Source of the DNA: Amphiscolops sp. MND2022
Lineage: Eukaryota
Length of the DNA stretch: 64,000 nucleotides
NCBI GenBank assembly: GCA_964187785.1
Contig: OZ076409.1
Span: forward strand, 33,296,001-33,360,000
Reading direction: 5' to 3'
Shown: positions 24,616-37,659 of the stretch, piece by piece
How the letters are laid out: every line of letters starts with the position of its first letter
How positions within the stretch are numbered: the stretch's first letter is position 1
Notes under the pieces: generated by a model
Seen by the model: only the letters and a program-made list of their open reading frames with translations
Databases searched by the model: none
What the model was told of the DNA's origin: nothing
Position numbers and translations under genes: made by a program

Positions 24616-25866
24616 ATTGTATCACCTAAACTCTAAAACCAAACTTGAACGTGTGATACAAGCGATACTCCTTGAAATCGTCAATGCTCAAAATTTTGAA
24701 ACCCAAAAAGGTGTCACGTATCACTTGTTTTCCAAGTTATTAATTTAATCCAATTTTTTGATTTTTTTTCTCCCAAGAAGGGTCTCCATAACACCTAATC
24801 AAGAATGAATTCATATAAAGATTTTCATTACGGCGGCCACTAACTCTCCAATTTGAATCTGAGGAACGTCTGAACTGTATGTGAGGTCAATCCGTGTCAA
24901 GCATTTGTTTCGAATTCCAAAACATTCGTCTTATCATGCCATAGCATGCTCAAAATCAGTCAGAAGAGATCTTTAAAGGTCACAAGTATAACTTCAAACA
25001 AAGGTTTAAAAATTGATTGATGTGTTTGCCATGAAAAAGAGGAAAGAACGAGACATACATTGTTTGTTATGTCAAAGAAGATGATACATGAACAGCCAAG
25101 AGTCTTCAGATTGTATTCTTTGTTTTTGGACAGCCATCAATCATAGGCTGAGGCTGTAAGATAGATTGCAATTGAATAGAATGGTTTCCAAATTGTCGCA
25201 CACACAAGAGAAGAGAAAAAACCAAAATCAAAACGGGCTTCTTTTGATTCGAACAAAAGTGTACCAAGCATTATTGTAACATATGCCTAGCAGTTAGTCT
25301 CCAAGTTCTGAACAATTAGAGCAAGCAAACAGCGTCTTTAAGCCTTAGAATTTAAATTAACAGCTTTTCATTTTTAACCTTCGGGGAATTTAATTACTAA
25401 GTTCATCTCAACGAAATTCTCAGCGATATGTCAGTTTCTGGAGAAATTTTTGATATTTATGATGTCATTGTTCAGGGCTGTGTTCAGCAACCATTGAGTG
25501 TCCAGGAAATGGATATGATGTGCAATGGCGCTTTTTAAAATTTCATTGTAAATTACAGCAGAAGAAAATCTTTTTAATTGGCCACCGAACTGAAATTCCA
25601 TGTTTCCACCTCTGAATGGCAATCACGAAGTGACTACTGGACCAAGGGCGTCTGTGTGTTGTATAGTTTAATTAATGGAACAATCAGGAAAACATCCTAC
25701 AGGATGTGTGAGTCTTAAATGAAAACAAAAATAATAATTGTGCAATTTACAAGAAAAGGTTGTTATTTCAAATTATGCTTGTATCGATATACTGCTTGCA
25801 ACATTTGAGAGAGAAACCTGTACAACAAAGATTGTACAACAACGCTTGTACAGGCGTTGCACTAAC

Positions 25867-25983
25867 TTTCAAAGCATACGTGCCGAAGAAGGTGTCGTCG
25901 AAGAAAGTAATGAGGAACACGATGTGGAAACTGATCCACGTCAAGGCGAAGATTACCACCAGCGTGATCAACATCAACACCAG
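25867..25983 (-). CDS. Class A (neuropeptide-type) GPCR exon encoding TM6 and ECL3; donor site may alternatively give an exon end at 25880
   Basis: Acceptor ttttag then LVLMLITLVVIFALTWISFHIVFLITFFDDTFFG; joins in phase 0 to ...IQAKRK of the 34344-34662 exon. Confidence 0.75.
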
Positions 25984-27575
25984 CTAAAACAAAACACAAA
26001 CCGAACCATTCGAGTTGAGTCAAACGAACCAACAAGTTTACCTGTACTTTTTATAGCTAGATTACTGACAGCACTAATTTTCAGTATTACATCTCTATAA
26101 CTCATCACAATGTTTCCATTTCCTCTTTCCTTTTTCTCCAATAATTGAAATTTGTGCTTCGAATCTCGCAGCATACATATTTCTTTGCGGCTTTGCTTAG
26201 ATTTCTCTTCTTTTTCCACCATCGAAAGGTTCATAAAACAAGAAACGCGTAAATTTTGCATATTCAATGTGAATCTACTTCATTTAATTTTCTGGACAAT
26301 TTTCCAATGACACTTTTCTCTTTAGATGTTAAAAATTCGTTGTATGGTTTTGTTTGTCTCGGTTCTTGTAGCTTAATTGAAAAATTTCCTGACATATGGT
26401 TCATTTACTTTTCTTCTAAAAATGTCGAGTCTTACAGAATGCATATTAATTGCAAATCTTGTTTTAATTAACCTACTTTATTCATGAAATATTACTTGAG
26501 ATCTACATCAGTCGGCAACAGACGCTGGATGAAAGTTGCACCTCTTTTAGTAGACATAGCTGCAGAATAATTCTAACACGTGTTGTGTTATATTACTATG
26601 ATGCGTTTTCGTTGAAAATTGGGACAAAAACTACAAAGAAAACAGCGTATGTTCGAGCGCGAAAGAGGCCGCATAGCACTTTATAATTGAAACAAAATAA
26701 ATGAAATAACTTTTTTCGAACAGAGCGAAATTATTGTCTGGTTAAATTGACCAATCACATTGACCGGTTAAATTTCATATCAGCGATTATTTTTATATTG
26801 GTTTATGATTCGGTTCTCCTCCTCACGGAGCTCATCGCGCCCCTCTACGACGACCTTCGTCAAAACCAGCCGCTGGTCAAAGAGCATCAAAGAGACATAA
26901 AAACTCTGAAGTACTTTTGTACTCTGTGAAAAAATGATTTAAACAAGAACAACAACAGTTTTACTATCATAAAATAAGAAGCAATTCATCTAGCAGAAGG
27001 GGATAACATGAAAGATTTTGACGGGCTCTAGTCGATATTACTTGAACTTTTTACATGCTGCATGGCAACGTGCAGGCTAATTTTTTAAAAAACGGAACAT
27101 TCAGGGAGCATGGGAAAATTTTGTAAATTACAAGGCAGATTCCACTGTTGTAATCTGATATTCTACGGTTAAAACAAGGTTTCGTTTTAAGACTTTAACT
27201 CAGATCTCTTTCAGTATCAAGTTATATCAATCTATTCTAACAACATGAATGATATCAATATGGTAACATAATGTGACAGTAATTAGAGTTTGTTGGTAAA
27301 TAACCGAGTCTCTCTGTCTAAGTCCGTATGTTACGGTAAGTGTTTAATCTACGGTAGAGGTCATGATGATAGCATGTCACATTCCCCCCCCCCCTCCGGA
27401 ATGGTCCGGTAGAAGTTTGTTTGTTCGGGCCGTTGTATCGTATTGTACGGATTTCTTCGTTGTTCTCCCGTATTGTACGGTCATTCTTCTCTTCACTTTG
27501 GTCCGTTGTTGTTGTCGTCTTTTCCTGTAAAATTATATGGTTATTAACAGTTTTCCTTTTATTATTATTCGTTTG

Positions 27576-30500
27576 TTACGGTATTCCGCCTAGTTTTTCG
27601 TTTTGTTTAGCGAATGGGAGTCTTTTGGATTTTCTTGTTGGTTCTAATATTTTTGGTTTTTCGATATTAATACCTTGCTGCTTGCTGCAGTCAAGTTGCT
27701 TTCTTTGGGGAGGAGTTGCAGTTCGTCGTCGATGTTTGTGTGGACCGGTTTTCCTTCGGCTTTGCTGTAACATTCAAAGTCATCATCGTCTGATATGATA
27801 CTCAGGTTCAGATCTGTTTCCTTGTCGTTGTTCTTCGTGGGGGATGTGAACTGTCCCCTGTTGTTTCTCGGCTGGTCTTTTCTTTTTATCCAGCCCTCGC
27901 TTCTTTCTTGTTTTGATGGTTTGGGTGTTTCTCTTCTGCTATAAATGCAGGGTGTGCCGTTGGTTTCCGGTTTGCCAATGTTTTGGAGACGGTTGGCTGG
28001 TCGACGGTGTTTGGCGTGTGTTTATCCGCTTGGTTGGTGCCGTTGTTGTTTGCTGAAAGGGTAACGGGTTAGAAATGAGTTTACGGTGTAATATTTCATT
28101 TTTGTCGGTGGTCACGGTATGTTTCGTTCCCGATACAGCTGTCTGGATTTTGTTTTTGAATCTGCTGTCTAAAGAGTTCTTTTTGTAGTGTTTTTCATAG
28201 AATTTGAAGGGGCAATTGAATTTGTTTGTACTAACCGTATTGATCGATGATTTTTTGGTTTGGGAGAAGGTCATTCCCCGTCTGAATTTCGGCTCCACAT
28301 TCTTCTTCTTAGACATTACTAAGTGATCGGTAATCTCTCCGGCTGTAATCCGGGTAATGTACACTGAGAAGTCTTTTGAATCCACTGAAACAGCATTTTT
28401 TAGATTAGTTAGTTTAGTTCTAGGGGCCCGTCCGAACTGTATATCGAACAGTGTTTTCTTCGTTTTGAAATGTTTGGTGAATCTCAAGACGTATAATGCT
28501 CTATTTATGCTTTCGCGGAGGTTTAGTCCGTTTTCCAAATTAGTTAGGATCAGATNNNNNNNNNNNNNNNNNNNNNNNNNNNNNNNNNNNNNNNNNNNNN
28601 NNNNNNNNNNNNNNNNNNNNNNNNNNNNNNNNNNNNNNNNNNNNNNNNNNNNNNNNNNNNNNNNNNNNNNNNNNNNNNNNNNNNNNNNNNNNNNNNNNNN
28701 NNNNNNNNNNNNNNNNNNNNNNNNNNNNNNNNNNNNNNNNNNNNNNNNNNNNNNNAGAGGGTAATTTTTTATTGTGTAGATTTCCCGTGAAATCCAAATG
28801 GATTTCTTCGCCCGGTGTTTTGGGTGGTTCGATTTGTGTTTTTTTCGGTTTGTGGTATTTGAAATTTCAAAATCTTACCGCGTTTAGGCAGGCTGAGCAT
28901 GTTTTCGATTTTTTCTTAATGTCCTCCCGCATATTCGGCCACCAGAGTATCATTGCTTCCCTTCACATTTTGTTGATGCCTGGGTGTCCGAAGTGTAAGG
29001 CATTGAGTGCGGCGTCAATCTCTCAATGATTTCGGTATGACGATTCGGTCGTCGACCATGATGATGCCCCAGCGGTGCGTTAGCTTCTTTGCGACCGTTC
29101 TGTATTCGTTGGGGATCATGTTTGTGTTGTTGTCTTCTAGGCAGCAGTTCAGTTCAATTAATTCTGGGTCGGCTGTTGTCTCTTTGATGAGCGTCTCTAG
29201 ATCTGACATGAAATCTAGTTCGGCCGATCTCACGTTGTCCTCCTGCTGTTTGTTTCTTTTTGCTTTCGTCTCCACTGCGCGGTTTATTCTTACGTAGTGG
29301 ACTGCTATCTCCTCGATGGGGCCGTCGCGGTATTCTTGTACTGGTAATGCGGGGTAGGCTCCGGGTTCGTGGGTGGCTACGGCTTCTTCGGAGTTGTTTG
29401 AGATGGTTGACTCGGCGTCTTTGTGTGTTTCTTCATTTTGTCCCGTTCTTTGTGGTACTTCGTCGCCGAAGTCTCTGAAATAACCGCCGGCGATGTGAGA
29501 TTCTCTCTCTTTTCTTTTGAGTCTGAGGTCGATCCGTTTTATTTCTCGTCTCTCGTTTTCTTCCGGTTGTCTGGGTACGTAAATTGCTCTGCCCAGGTTT
29601 TTGTTCCAATGCGGCCGCATTGCTTCGGGTTTGGCTAGTTCTATTCCTCTTGTGACAAATTCCGAAGTTTCGGGTGATTTGTCTCTTTTATTGATAATCG
29701 TCATGATTTCTTGATCTCCTCCCTAGTGGTAGCGAAGTTGTCCGTCTATGCGAAAGTAACGTGCGTTTTGGTCGTTGTCCATTTCAAAATGGTGGCTATT
29801 TGTATACGTGTTTGAATGTAGCTGTAGTGCACGGTAATTAGAGTCAATATGGCTTGTGTTTGTTTGATGGCGTCGCGTATCAATTAGCGAGCGCGTATCA
29901 TGCATGTCTGTTTCGTTTGTCTCGTTCTCGCCGTCTCGTTGGTTGAAAATCCGTCCTCTTCGGGCGTTTACCGTCGCTAGTTGCGCGATGGCGTTGATTA
30001 CAAATTCTTCATCGTAATTTTCCTCCGGTTACGGATTTTCGGTTGGATTGCAGCTGATAAAATCGGTAAAGTTGATTTCTTTACCCGCTGTGTGTTGTCA
30101 TGTCAAAAGCAGTGTTGTCATGTGTGTTGTCAAGCAGATGTCAAAATGGTTTAGTCTGTCCAGCCACCGTGTCAGTCGTGCACTGTATTGTTTGTTTCTT
30201 TATTTCTCTTTGAAAGTGGCTCCAGAGCTTGGTGGTCGGAGAATAGTTGTACCTGCTTTCCGTATAGGTGGAATCTAAATCTCTCTAGACCCCAAACTAC
30301 GGCTAGTAGTTCTGATTCACCGATTGAATATTTCGTTTCGGCGTCATTTAAGTAGCGGCTGGCGAATGCGATGGGTTTTAGTTCAATGTTGCTTTATTTC
30401 TGCCAGAGTGCTATTCCCTATCCGATTTTGCTGGCATCTGTGGTGACAATATTATCTTTGTTGCCGTTGTAGTGTGCTAGGCAGGGTAGTTTTGTCAGTT

Positions 30501-31830
30501 TTAGTTTTATTTTGTTGAAGTCTGCATTTCTGTCTGTCGTCCAGTCCCATTTTGTTCCTTTTTTGAGTAATTGTCTCATATTGTTGGTTTTCTCGGAAAG
30601 GTTGGGTATAAATTTTGCAAAATATTGTATCGCGCCGAGAAATGATTTTAATGTTTTGGTATTTGTAGGGGGTTTCAATTTGTTGATTGCGTCCGTTTTT
30701 TCTTTGTTTGGTATTATACCGTCTTGTGATGTTGTATGTCCAAGCCATACTGTTTCTTTTTGGTAAAATTTCAAATTTTTTTGCTTGCTCTGTATCCCTC
30801 GTTTTCTATTTTGGAGAGTACCGAATATAGTTTCCGGGTGTGTTCTTCTTTTGTTCCGCGGGTGACGATAATAATGTCGTCGAGCCAGACTGGTGTTTGG
30901 TGGCCCAGTGTTCTATCGATTTTCTCTTGAAATATAGTTGGTATATCTGCTGGACCGTAAAATCCCTTCAGGAATCGGTAGTAACTATTCATGTTTTCAC
31001 CGGTTACGGTGAAATTACAGTGTTTGCTAGTTTCCGGTGCTAGTTTCATCTGTCCGTAGGCATAATCAAGATCTATCACGGATATCCAAATTGGATCGTG
31101 GTTGTTTCTTGATAGTTTGGCGGATATTTGGTTAAGTAATTCTTCCATATTTGGCAAGTGCGGTCATTTTTCACACAACTGTCGTTCTGCGGTTTTTTTT
31201 AAAATCCCCCGCAATTTTTAAAGTCTTTTCTTTCTTTACCGTAATCACTACGGGTGATACGAAACAGTCTCCTTCAATTGTTTCTAGTCTTTCAAGATGT
31301 CCGGACTTGATTAGTCGGTCTAGTTCATTTTTCACATCTTTTTGGAGGTGATATGGTATTGGTCTGGCTTTTGGTTGTATGGGGTAGCATCCGGGTTTTA
31401 TTTGGATTTTCACTTCCGCGTTTTTAATCGTATGGTTTGTTTCGAAAAGTTTGTGGAATTTTGTGTGGATTTCGTTGGGTTGGTTGTTGTGTTCGTCCAA
31501 TATGATTTTGTTAATGGTACTTGATAGTTGTTTAAGCCAGAACACACCTAGTAATGGTGTGATGTCGTCTCTTTGTGTGATAAGTATTGGTAACTTTTTG
31601 ATTTCGCCATTGTATTCAATATTCGCCCATACTCTTCCCAAGAACTTGATCTCAATTTTGTTTATGTCTTAGTATCTTTCTTTCAGTGGGTGTATGTCTC
31701 TTGGGTTGTATAGCTTCCGGTTGTTTGGCATGATAGTGACCGGAGATCCGGTATCGATGGTGAAGTTTTGCTATTTCCCATTGATTTTCAGTTTGATACC
31801 GTAAATGTCGATTTTGTCTGGTAGTATTTT
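27576..31830 (-). pseudogene. pol: pol of the second gypsy element (PR, RT, RH, IN), frameshifted
   Basis: IDTGSPVT; VIDLDYAYGQ, GFYGPADIP, WLDDIII; TTDASKIG; IN zinc finger and core around the gap. Confidence 0.88.
28556..28755. other. Assembly gap (200 N)
   Basis: Run of N. Confidence 1.
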
Positions 31831-32788
31831 GTTGATTTGGGTTATTTGTTGGATTTCTGCCGGTTCACTCTCTTCTTCTTCGCTGTTTGCCGCTTCAAGG
31901 TAGTTAACCCTTTGACATCTTGCATTGTCTGTTTTGCTGCGGCACACTCTCGCGAAGTGTCCTATTTTGTGGCAGTTGTTGCATTCTACGGTCTTTGCTG
32001 GGCATTTGTGTTGTGGGGAGCAATTTTGTTGTCCTCAAAATCCACAGTTGTTATTTTTTGTTGTCTTTTCGGTGTTCTTCCGGTAGTTTTGTTTGTCTCG
32101 CGGTTGTATATTTTGTATTGGTTCTTCTTTTATTTCTTTTTCTTTTGCGAGTGCTGGGGGATTGTCGATTGTTTATGTCTCTTGTCGTAACTGTCTTGGG
32201 TTACTAAATAAATTGGGTAATAAATAAACTGTCTTGGGTTTTTAAATTCAGTGTTTTTTCTCGGATTAGTTTTTTCCGTAGTTTCTTGTCCGTAATGCTG
32301 GTGATGAATTTTGATATTAGTAGGTCTTCCTGTTTGATATCTTTGAATTCGCAGTCTTTTTCCAGTGATACTATTTTTCCCCAATGGTCTTCCGGTGTTT
32401 CATTTTCTTCCTGTTTTGCCCAGAAGAAGTCTCCGTGGTTGTGGTAGGTATTGTGTTTCGGCATGTAGTAATCTTTGAATACCTGTATTAATTTTTCGGT
32501 GTTGATCGTGTCTGGGACGGTGTTAAATTCTCCTTTTGAGATTATTTCTATCGTGGATGGTCCGGCTCCCCAGATAAAATCTTGTCTTATCGTGGGTTCC
32601 TTTTCCGTCCATCCATTGTTCGTGGGCATTGTTTCACCGGATAAAGCCGGTTTTATGTCGATGTCATGGATCCGTTTGATATAGTGTCTGATTCGTTTGG
32701 TCCATTCGTTGGGAGTATATAATTTCTTTCCGTCGAGTCCAGTGTCTTCAAGGTAAGGTAGTAGTATGTTGTTTGTGGTTGTTGCCAT
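31830..32788 (-). pseudogene. gag: gag of the second gypsy element with CCHC knuckle
   Basis: ORF 32204-32788 (FFWAKQEENETPED...); CNNCHKIGHFARVC at ~31940-31985. Confidence 0.82.
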
Positions 32789-34343
32789 TGTTTCTTTTGT
32801 TGGGTAAAATGGGTTTTTACACGGTAAAATTGATATCTTGTTTACTGCGCCATGTTGTAATCTGACATTCTACGGTTAAAACAAGGTTTCGTTTAAAAAC
32901 TTTAACTCAGTTCTCTTTCAGTATCAAGTAATCTCAATCTATTCTAACAACATAAATGATATCAATATGGTAACATAAAGTGACAGTAATTAGAGTTTGT
33001 TGGTAAATAACCGAGTCTCTCTGTCTAAGTCCGTATGTTACGGTAAGTGTTTAATCTACGGTAGAGGTCATGATGATAGCATGTCACATCCACTATTTCA
33101 AATATAGCTGAATAAAAATCTCACTTCGTTTCCACGCTCAGGTGAGTTTGTTTTTCTCGAGTGAGTACCTTCTGTAATCACCGTGAGCCACATAACATGC
33201 TGAATGTGACGCATGCTGAAACTTATACCTTGGCTGAAACTAATTTGCATTGAAATAGCGGTTAAATTGATGAGGTCTCAGCTGCTTTAAGAAATTGAAA
33301 CTGCTTTTTTTTGAAATCAGTGAAACTGAATTTTAAAAATCATGAAACAATTGCTTGGTACCAACAAAAATTTGAACAAAATTCATACAATTTCAACCAG
33401 GGGAGCCCAATAGAACAATTGTTCCAAGAGAACATCGAGAAGCTTGGTCCGCATGTCTGAAACTTTTGGTGCCAATGCTGCAAATTTGCTGCATGCAGAT
33501 CACACTTGCAAAAGTTGCTTAATCGTTTAAGAGGTTTGCAAAAACTCATAAAACCTAGCCCTATTATGTTTAAGTAAAGACATCAAAAAGAATTGCCCAA
33601 TAATTCAACGAAAAATAGCAGTTGTAAGCGTTGTAAATTTCACTTCTTTTGAGTCGAAAAGTGTGACATTGACCATCTTTTTCAACATTAAGCCCTAATT
33701 GTTTGTCCTCTATGACGAGTACACGTTCAATTTTTTTCCAAAAAATCCACCTGACTCTGGACTACCTGCCAGTTGAAAAAAATTCGTCGACGGACGTTCC
33801 AATATAGACTTTTTCCCTTACAAAACTCAATAGGTCGAAACTGAACACCAATTTTTAATCAGTTGGCAACTATTAGTTTCGAAACCATTCGAACTACTGG
33901 CATTATGGAAAATACTTTTCATGGTGCACTCCTGAGGACCAGTCGAATCACTATAAAAAATACGTTAAAAACATTTTCAGTCCTGAGCGGAAAATATTTT
34001 TGGAAAATTACGGAAGTACCATAAAGAACCAAGTAATTCAGCTCTTCTGTTTTTTCATCGAGTTCAGAACAATTATATCATTGTTATTCGGATCAAAATT
34101 TGAGAAACCTTTGCTTCAACGTTTTTGTCAAATGAATATTCAAAACTTCCGTCATTTTCGCTAGCGAAGTGAAATGTCTTCAGCTTCTTGGTACCCTAGT
34201 GTATCATTCAAGGAGGCCACAAAACATGATGATATGAAAAAATCAATATAAACATTTGTGAAATTTTCTCAATTACTCTGCTTCGCTTACCAACAGTTAC
34301 AAGTCTACGGGCATTTTCCATGATCAAATTCAGTCTTTCTTAC

Positions 34344-34662
34344 CTTTCGTTTAGCCTGTATTTTCCGTACAATCTTGGAATCCTGCCCAGTCTGCTTGAT
34401 CTCGGGAGGTGCTAGGTGGGTTCGGGATGTCTTGCTGGATGTGCCCCCCTTGGGCATCATGTGGCTGCACTCTGATGACTTGGAACCTTTGGGAGTGAAC
34501 AACTTCTCCTTGCGTCGGGAGCTGCTCTGCTGCTGCAGCTCTGAGTTGTACAACATCGTTTCTTCCTTGTTGCTCCACAAGTTCGAGCTGATCTTCCAGT
34601 ACATGATCGTCATTATCACCAAAGGCAATGTATACAGCAGAACAAAACGGCCCCATTGGTAG
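34344..34662 (-). CDS. Class A GPCR exon encoding TM5 and the long third intracellular loop
   Basis: Acceptor ttttag, donor gtaag; YQWGRFVLLYTLPLVIMTIMYWKISSNLW...IQAKRK matches the TM5 LP...Y..I...LW pattern of peptide receptors. Confidence 0.85.
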
Positions 34663-35338
34663 CTAAAACGGAAGAAATTTAATTTTCTCCTAGGACAACC
34701 GGGACTTTCTGAAGCAATTAGTATACGCACCATGACCTTCAATAACGATAACTTCATCCATGTTTGCTTTATACGAGTCTCCCGTTTTTCAAACATTCAT
34801 TTTTCTTTCGGCAAGAAGTCAGAAAAAAATTAAAGATGTTTTTAAACTACATACGATACGAGATATTGCTGACATTGTAAAAAAATTTCGAAGCATTGTA
34901 AAAAGTTGTAGAAATGTTGGATCACAGAGAAACGTGTCTATTGAGAGCCACTTGCAAGTTGTCGAATTTTTTTACATATCATTGTTGTTGTATCCCAGCT
35001 AGTCTCATCGATGCAGGAATTGACATGTGGCGCTGACTCCAGCTTAGATAGGATACTAACATCATTAATATGACACCCAGACTTCACCCGTCAGATCTTT
35101 CTCAGTATTTCTCTTGAGAAAAACACAAATTTACTGTTGCACTCTAATATGCTAGTTAGAGGCAAAACTTTAGTACCACTGCGTTTTCAGTATATTGTTA
35201 ATTGGTGTCAGTCACTTTGTTTACACCTTCTTACATTGAAAACTTACTCAGTGCAGAAATAGCTTCTAGTAGTAGGGGAAATGTCGATTCGGCTCAGCAG
35301 ACAGTTAACGATAGGCATATTTTCAAACAATATAATAT

Positions 35339-35555
35339 TTTTCACAACCAAAAATTTTACAAACATTTTTCTCGGTCCAGTAAAACTGTTAAAAATAGAC
35401 ATTTTCAAGGCGAATCATCAAAAATTAGCCATTTTTCGCTACTAAAAAATTAACAACAAAAAAAATCAATGAACAAATATTTTAACCGAAATTATGTCAT
35501 GCAGCAAAAATTCACTAACCTCTATGGTGTAATGTGAAATGCATCTAAACGTAAT
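35339..35555 (+). repeat. Left terminal inverted repeat of the Maverick
   Basis: Reverse complement of 57147-57365, including an identical stretch CATTTTTCTCGGTCCAGTAAAACTGTTAAAAATAGACATTTTCAAGGCGAATCATCAAAAATTAGCCA. Confidence 0.85.
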
Positions 35556-35672
35556 AAAAAATTGAAATCGACGAAAAATAATTAATACAAGCAAAATTAG
35601 AAAAAAAATAAAATCAACTTTTTCTTTAAGCAAAGCTTAGACAAAAAATTTCAACAAAGTTTTTTTTCTTAT

Positions 35673-37317
35673 ATGAAATACTTATTATTCAAAGATGTTG
35701 ATAAGAAATATGGATTAAAAAATGAAGCAACTTCTAATGTAAAAATAGAAGAAATTTTACAAATCCTAAACTCTTCGTGTCGAATATACATGAGAGATGA
35801 TAAGATTACAACAACAGCAGGATGTCATGCCCGAGTAGCATGATGAAAATACAAACTATTTATTTGATACAAACTCCCGAAAGTACAAGTCACCATGTAA
35901 ATGTATGATGATAAATAGATTACTAAACAGTAATGTTAAACAAACGACGACCGGCCTAACCAGTCGTCAAATGCAGTTTACCCATTTTATAGTTAACATT
36001 CTAACTCATTACATGTAAACACACCAAAATACTCAATCATCAAATACACTCACTGCAGTTATGACGTACTACATTTCAATATTATTATGACAACACCCGG
36101 AAGTAGCGGTCATCAGCGATTGCTCAGACCATTGTCAATAGTTATTATTCGGTGTTATTTAAAAAGACATGCAGTTATTACTGAAGTCATCAGCCACCAA
36201 CGTCTTATCTCATAAACTTGATCCTTGAAACCCAATACTTAAACACATATCTTTATATGTAGAACTGGGATATGCAATCATTATTCTGTTCCATTTGTCA
36301 TAACTAAGCATTTCATCAGATTCCAACATGCACACATATGCTTCATTACCAATACATTTATTCATAGCATATACTCGTGAGTGCAGTACTAAAGCGAAGT
36401 TACCATGACTACCAAAGCATACGATCATCACTTTAATCCTGTAGTAGAAAATGTAGGTGCTAAATCCATTTAAGCATGAACTAAGTAGTGAAATAACTAG
36501 TGCGATAATTAAGCGTTACAACGACCGGTACTCGCGGTCGTCACTTCAGTTGAAGCTATAATCGATACTCAATTAACACCTGCATTGTGTGAAGACGCTT
36601 GAAGGTGAAAGGCGTCTAATCCAAAAGCAGCCATTACAACGATTTCACCCTTAGCTTACAGTTGCTACTTCGTGAAATATCAACGTTTCTACAAAATACT
36701 ATTCTCCTCATACTTAAACTTTCATTGATTCAATAAATCTTCAAACCTACCGACTGTTTCCTCTCCTATGGTTTTTACGAGATCTCAAGTCCGAAACAAT
36801 AATACCTCAGAAAGAACAAGAATGAGCGACAACGAAAGTGATACTAGAGAACAAATGACTGACTTCGACAGTAACGATGTCTTGAACCGACAAATTATTG
36901 CGGAGATAAACCCTATTGACCAAAGATTCTATGAAATGAACAGACTAATTGGAGAAGTGACTGATCTAGTATTAGCACTTACACAGCAGATTTCCTCTAA
37001 TCAAAGAGAAGAGACGAAATTAACACTGTGACTACCAATGCTAACAGTCGTTTCGACACAAGAATAGTTAACTTACATCCAACTAAAGAAACACACTGGT
37101 TATGTTTTCAGATCAAAATTGTTTCGGTTCTTATGGCTGTCCGCCATCAGTAAACATAACAAAACAAAGTAATGGAGGTTTTTATTCAGAATATCAAATT
37201 CTGAAAAATGATAGTTACTCTGCAGCGTTTTGTTTGTATGTGTTATATCTCGCAATTATAATAGGCTTCAAAAATGCAGTACTAAATTTATACTATCAGA
37301 CATATACATATTCATGA
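35673..37317 (+). pseudogene. Adenain-like cysteine protease of the Maverick, interrupted by a solo LTR
   Basis: Removing 35823-37063 gives ...IYMRDDKITTTAG|IVNLHPTKETHW..FGSYGCPP...YQILKNDSYSAAFCLY; catalytic His retained, Asp and Cys positions mutated. Confidence 0.8.
35823..37058 (+). mobile_element. Solo LTR (1236 bp) containing a Gag-like N-terminal ORF (36768-37031)
   Basis: TGTCA...CGACA ends; TSD CAGGA/CAAGA (one mismatch); flanks rejoin the protease reading frame. Confidence 0.8.
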
Positions 37318-37659
37318 TTCATCATGAACATGTCTGAATATTATAAATAAAAAAGAAAATTGGAAAAAAAATTGAAAATTAATACTTATTCAGCTCAATA
37401 TAAAATTATACAACCATGCGAAGCCAGCGTTGCTGTATGCGAAGCCAGCGTTGCTGTATCCGAATGAGATTGAGAATCATCTTTATAATAATAATACGAT
37501 TCCGGATGGTATCAAGAAAAAATGATCAAAAGAAAACCAACAAATTGTAAACAACATATATGCTAGTGGATTTAAACAATTTCATAATGTTCAATCAGGC
37601 GGAACTTAGAAAAAACAACTTTTTCTCAATAAAAGGACCTATTAAACTTTGTAACTCAT

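Larger units (their letters stand above)
27146..33088 (-). mobile_element. Full-length degenerate Ty3/gypsy element (5.9 kb including a 200-N gap) in the GPCR intron
   Basis: 236-bp LTRs 27146-27381 and 32853-33088 (about 8 mismatches by eye); TSD TCCAC at 27141-27145 and 33089-33093; PBS TGGCGCAGTAAAC; G-rich PPT at ~27382-27397. Confidence 0.95.

Noticed and set aside
26790..26930. GC-richer coding-like patch in the GPCR intron
   Set aside because: The flanking exons already join in frame, and no recognisable product or convincing splice pair was found.
37416..37460. Short direct repeats as a possible CRISPR array
   Set aside because: Only two adjacent units, no spacers, no cas genes, eukaryotic context.
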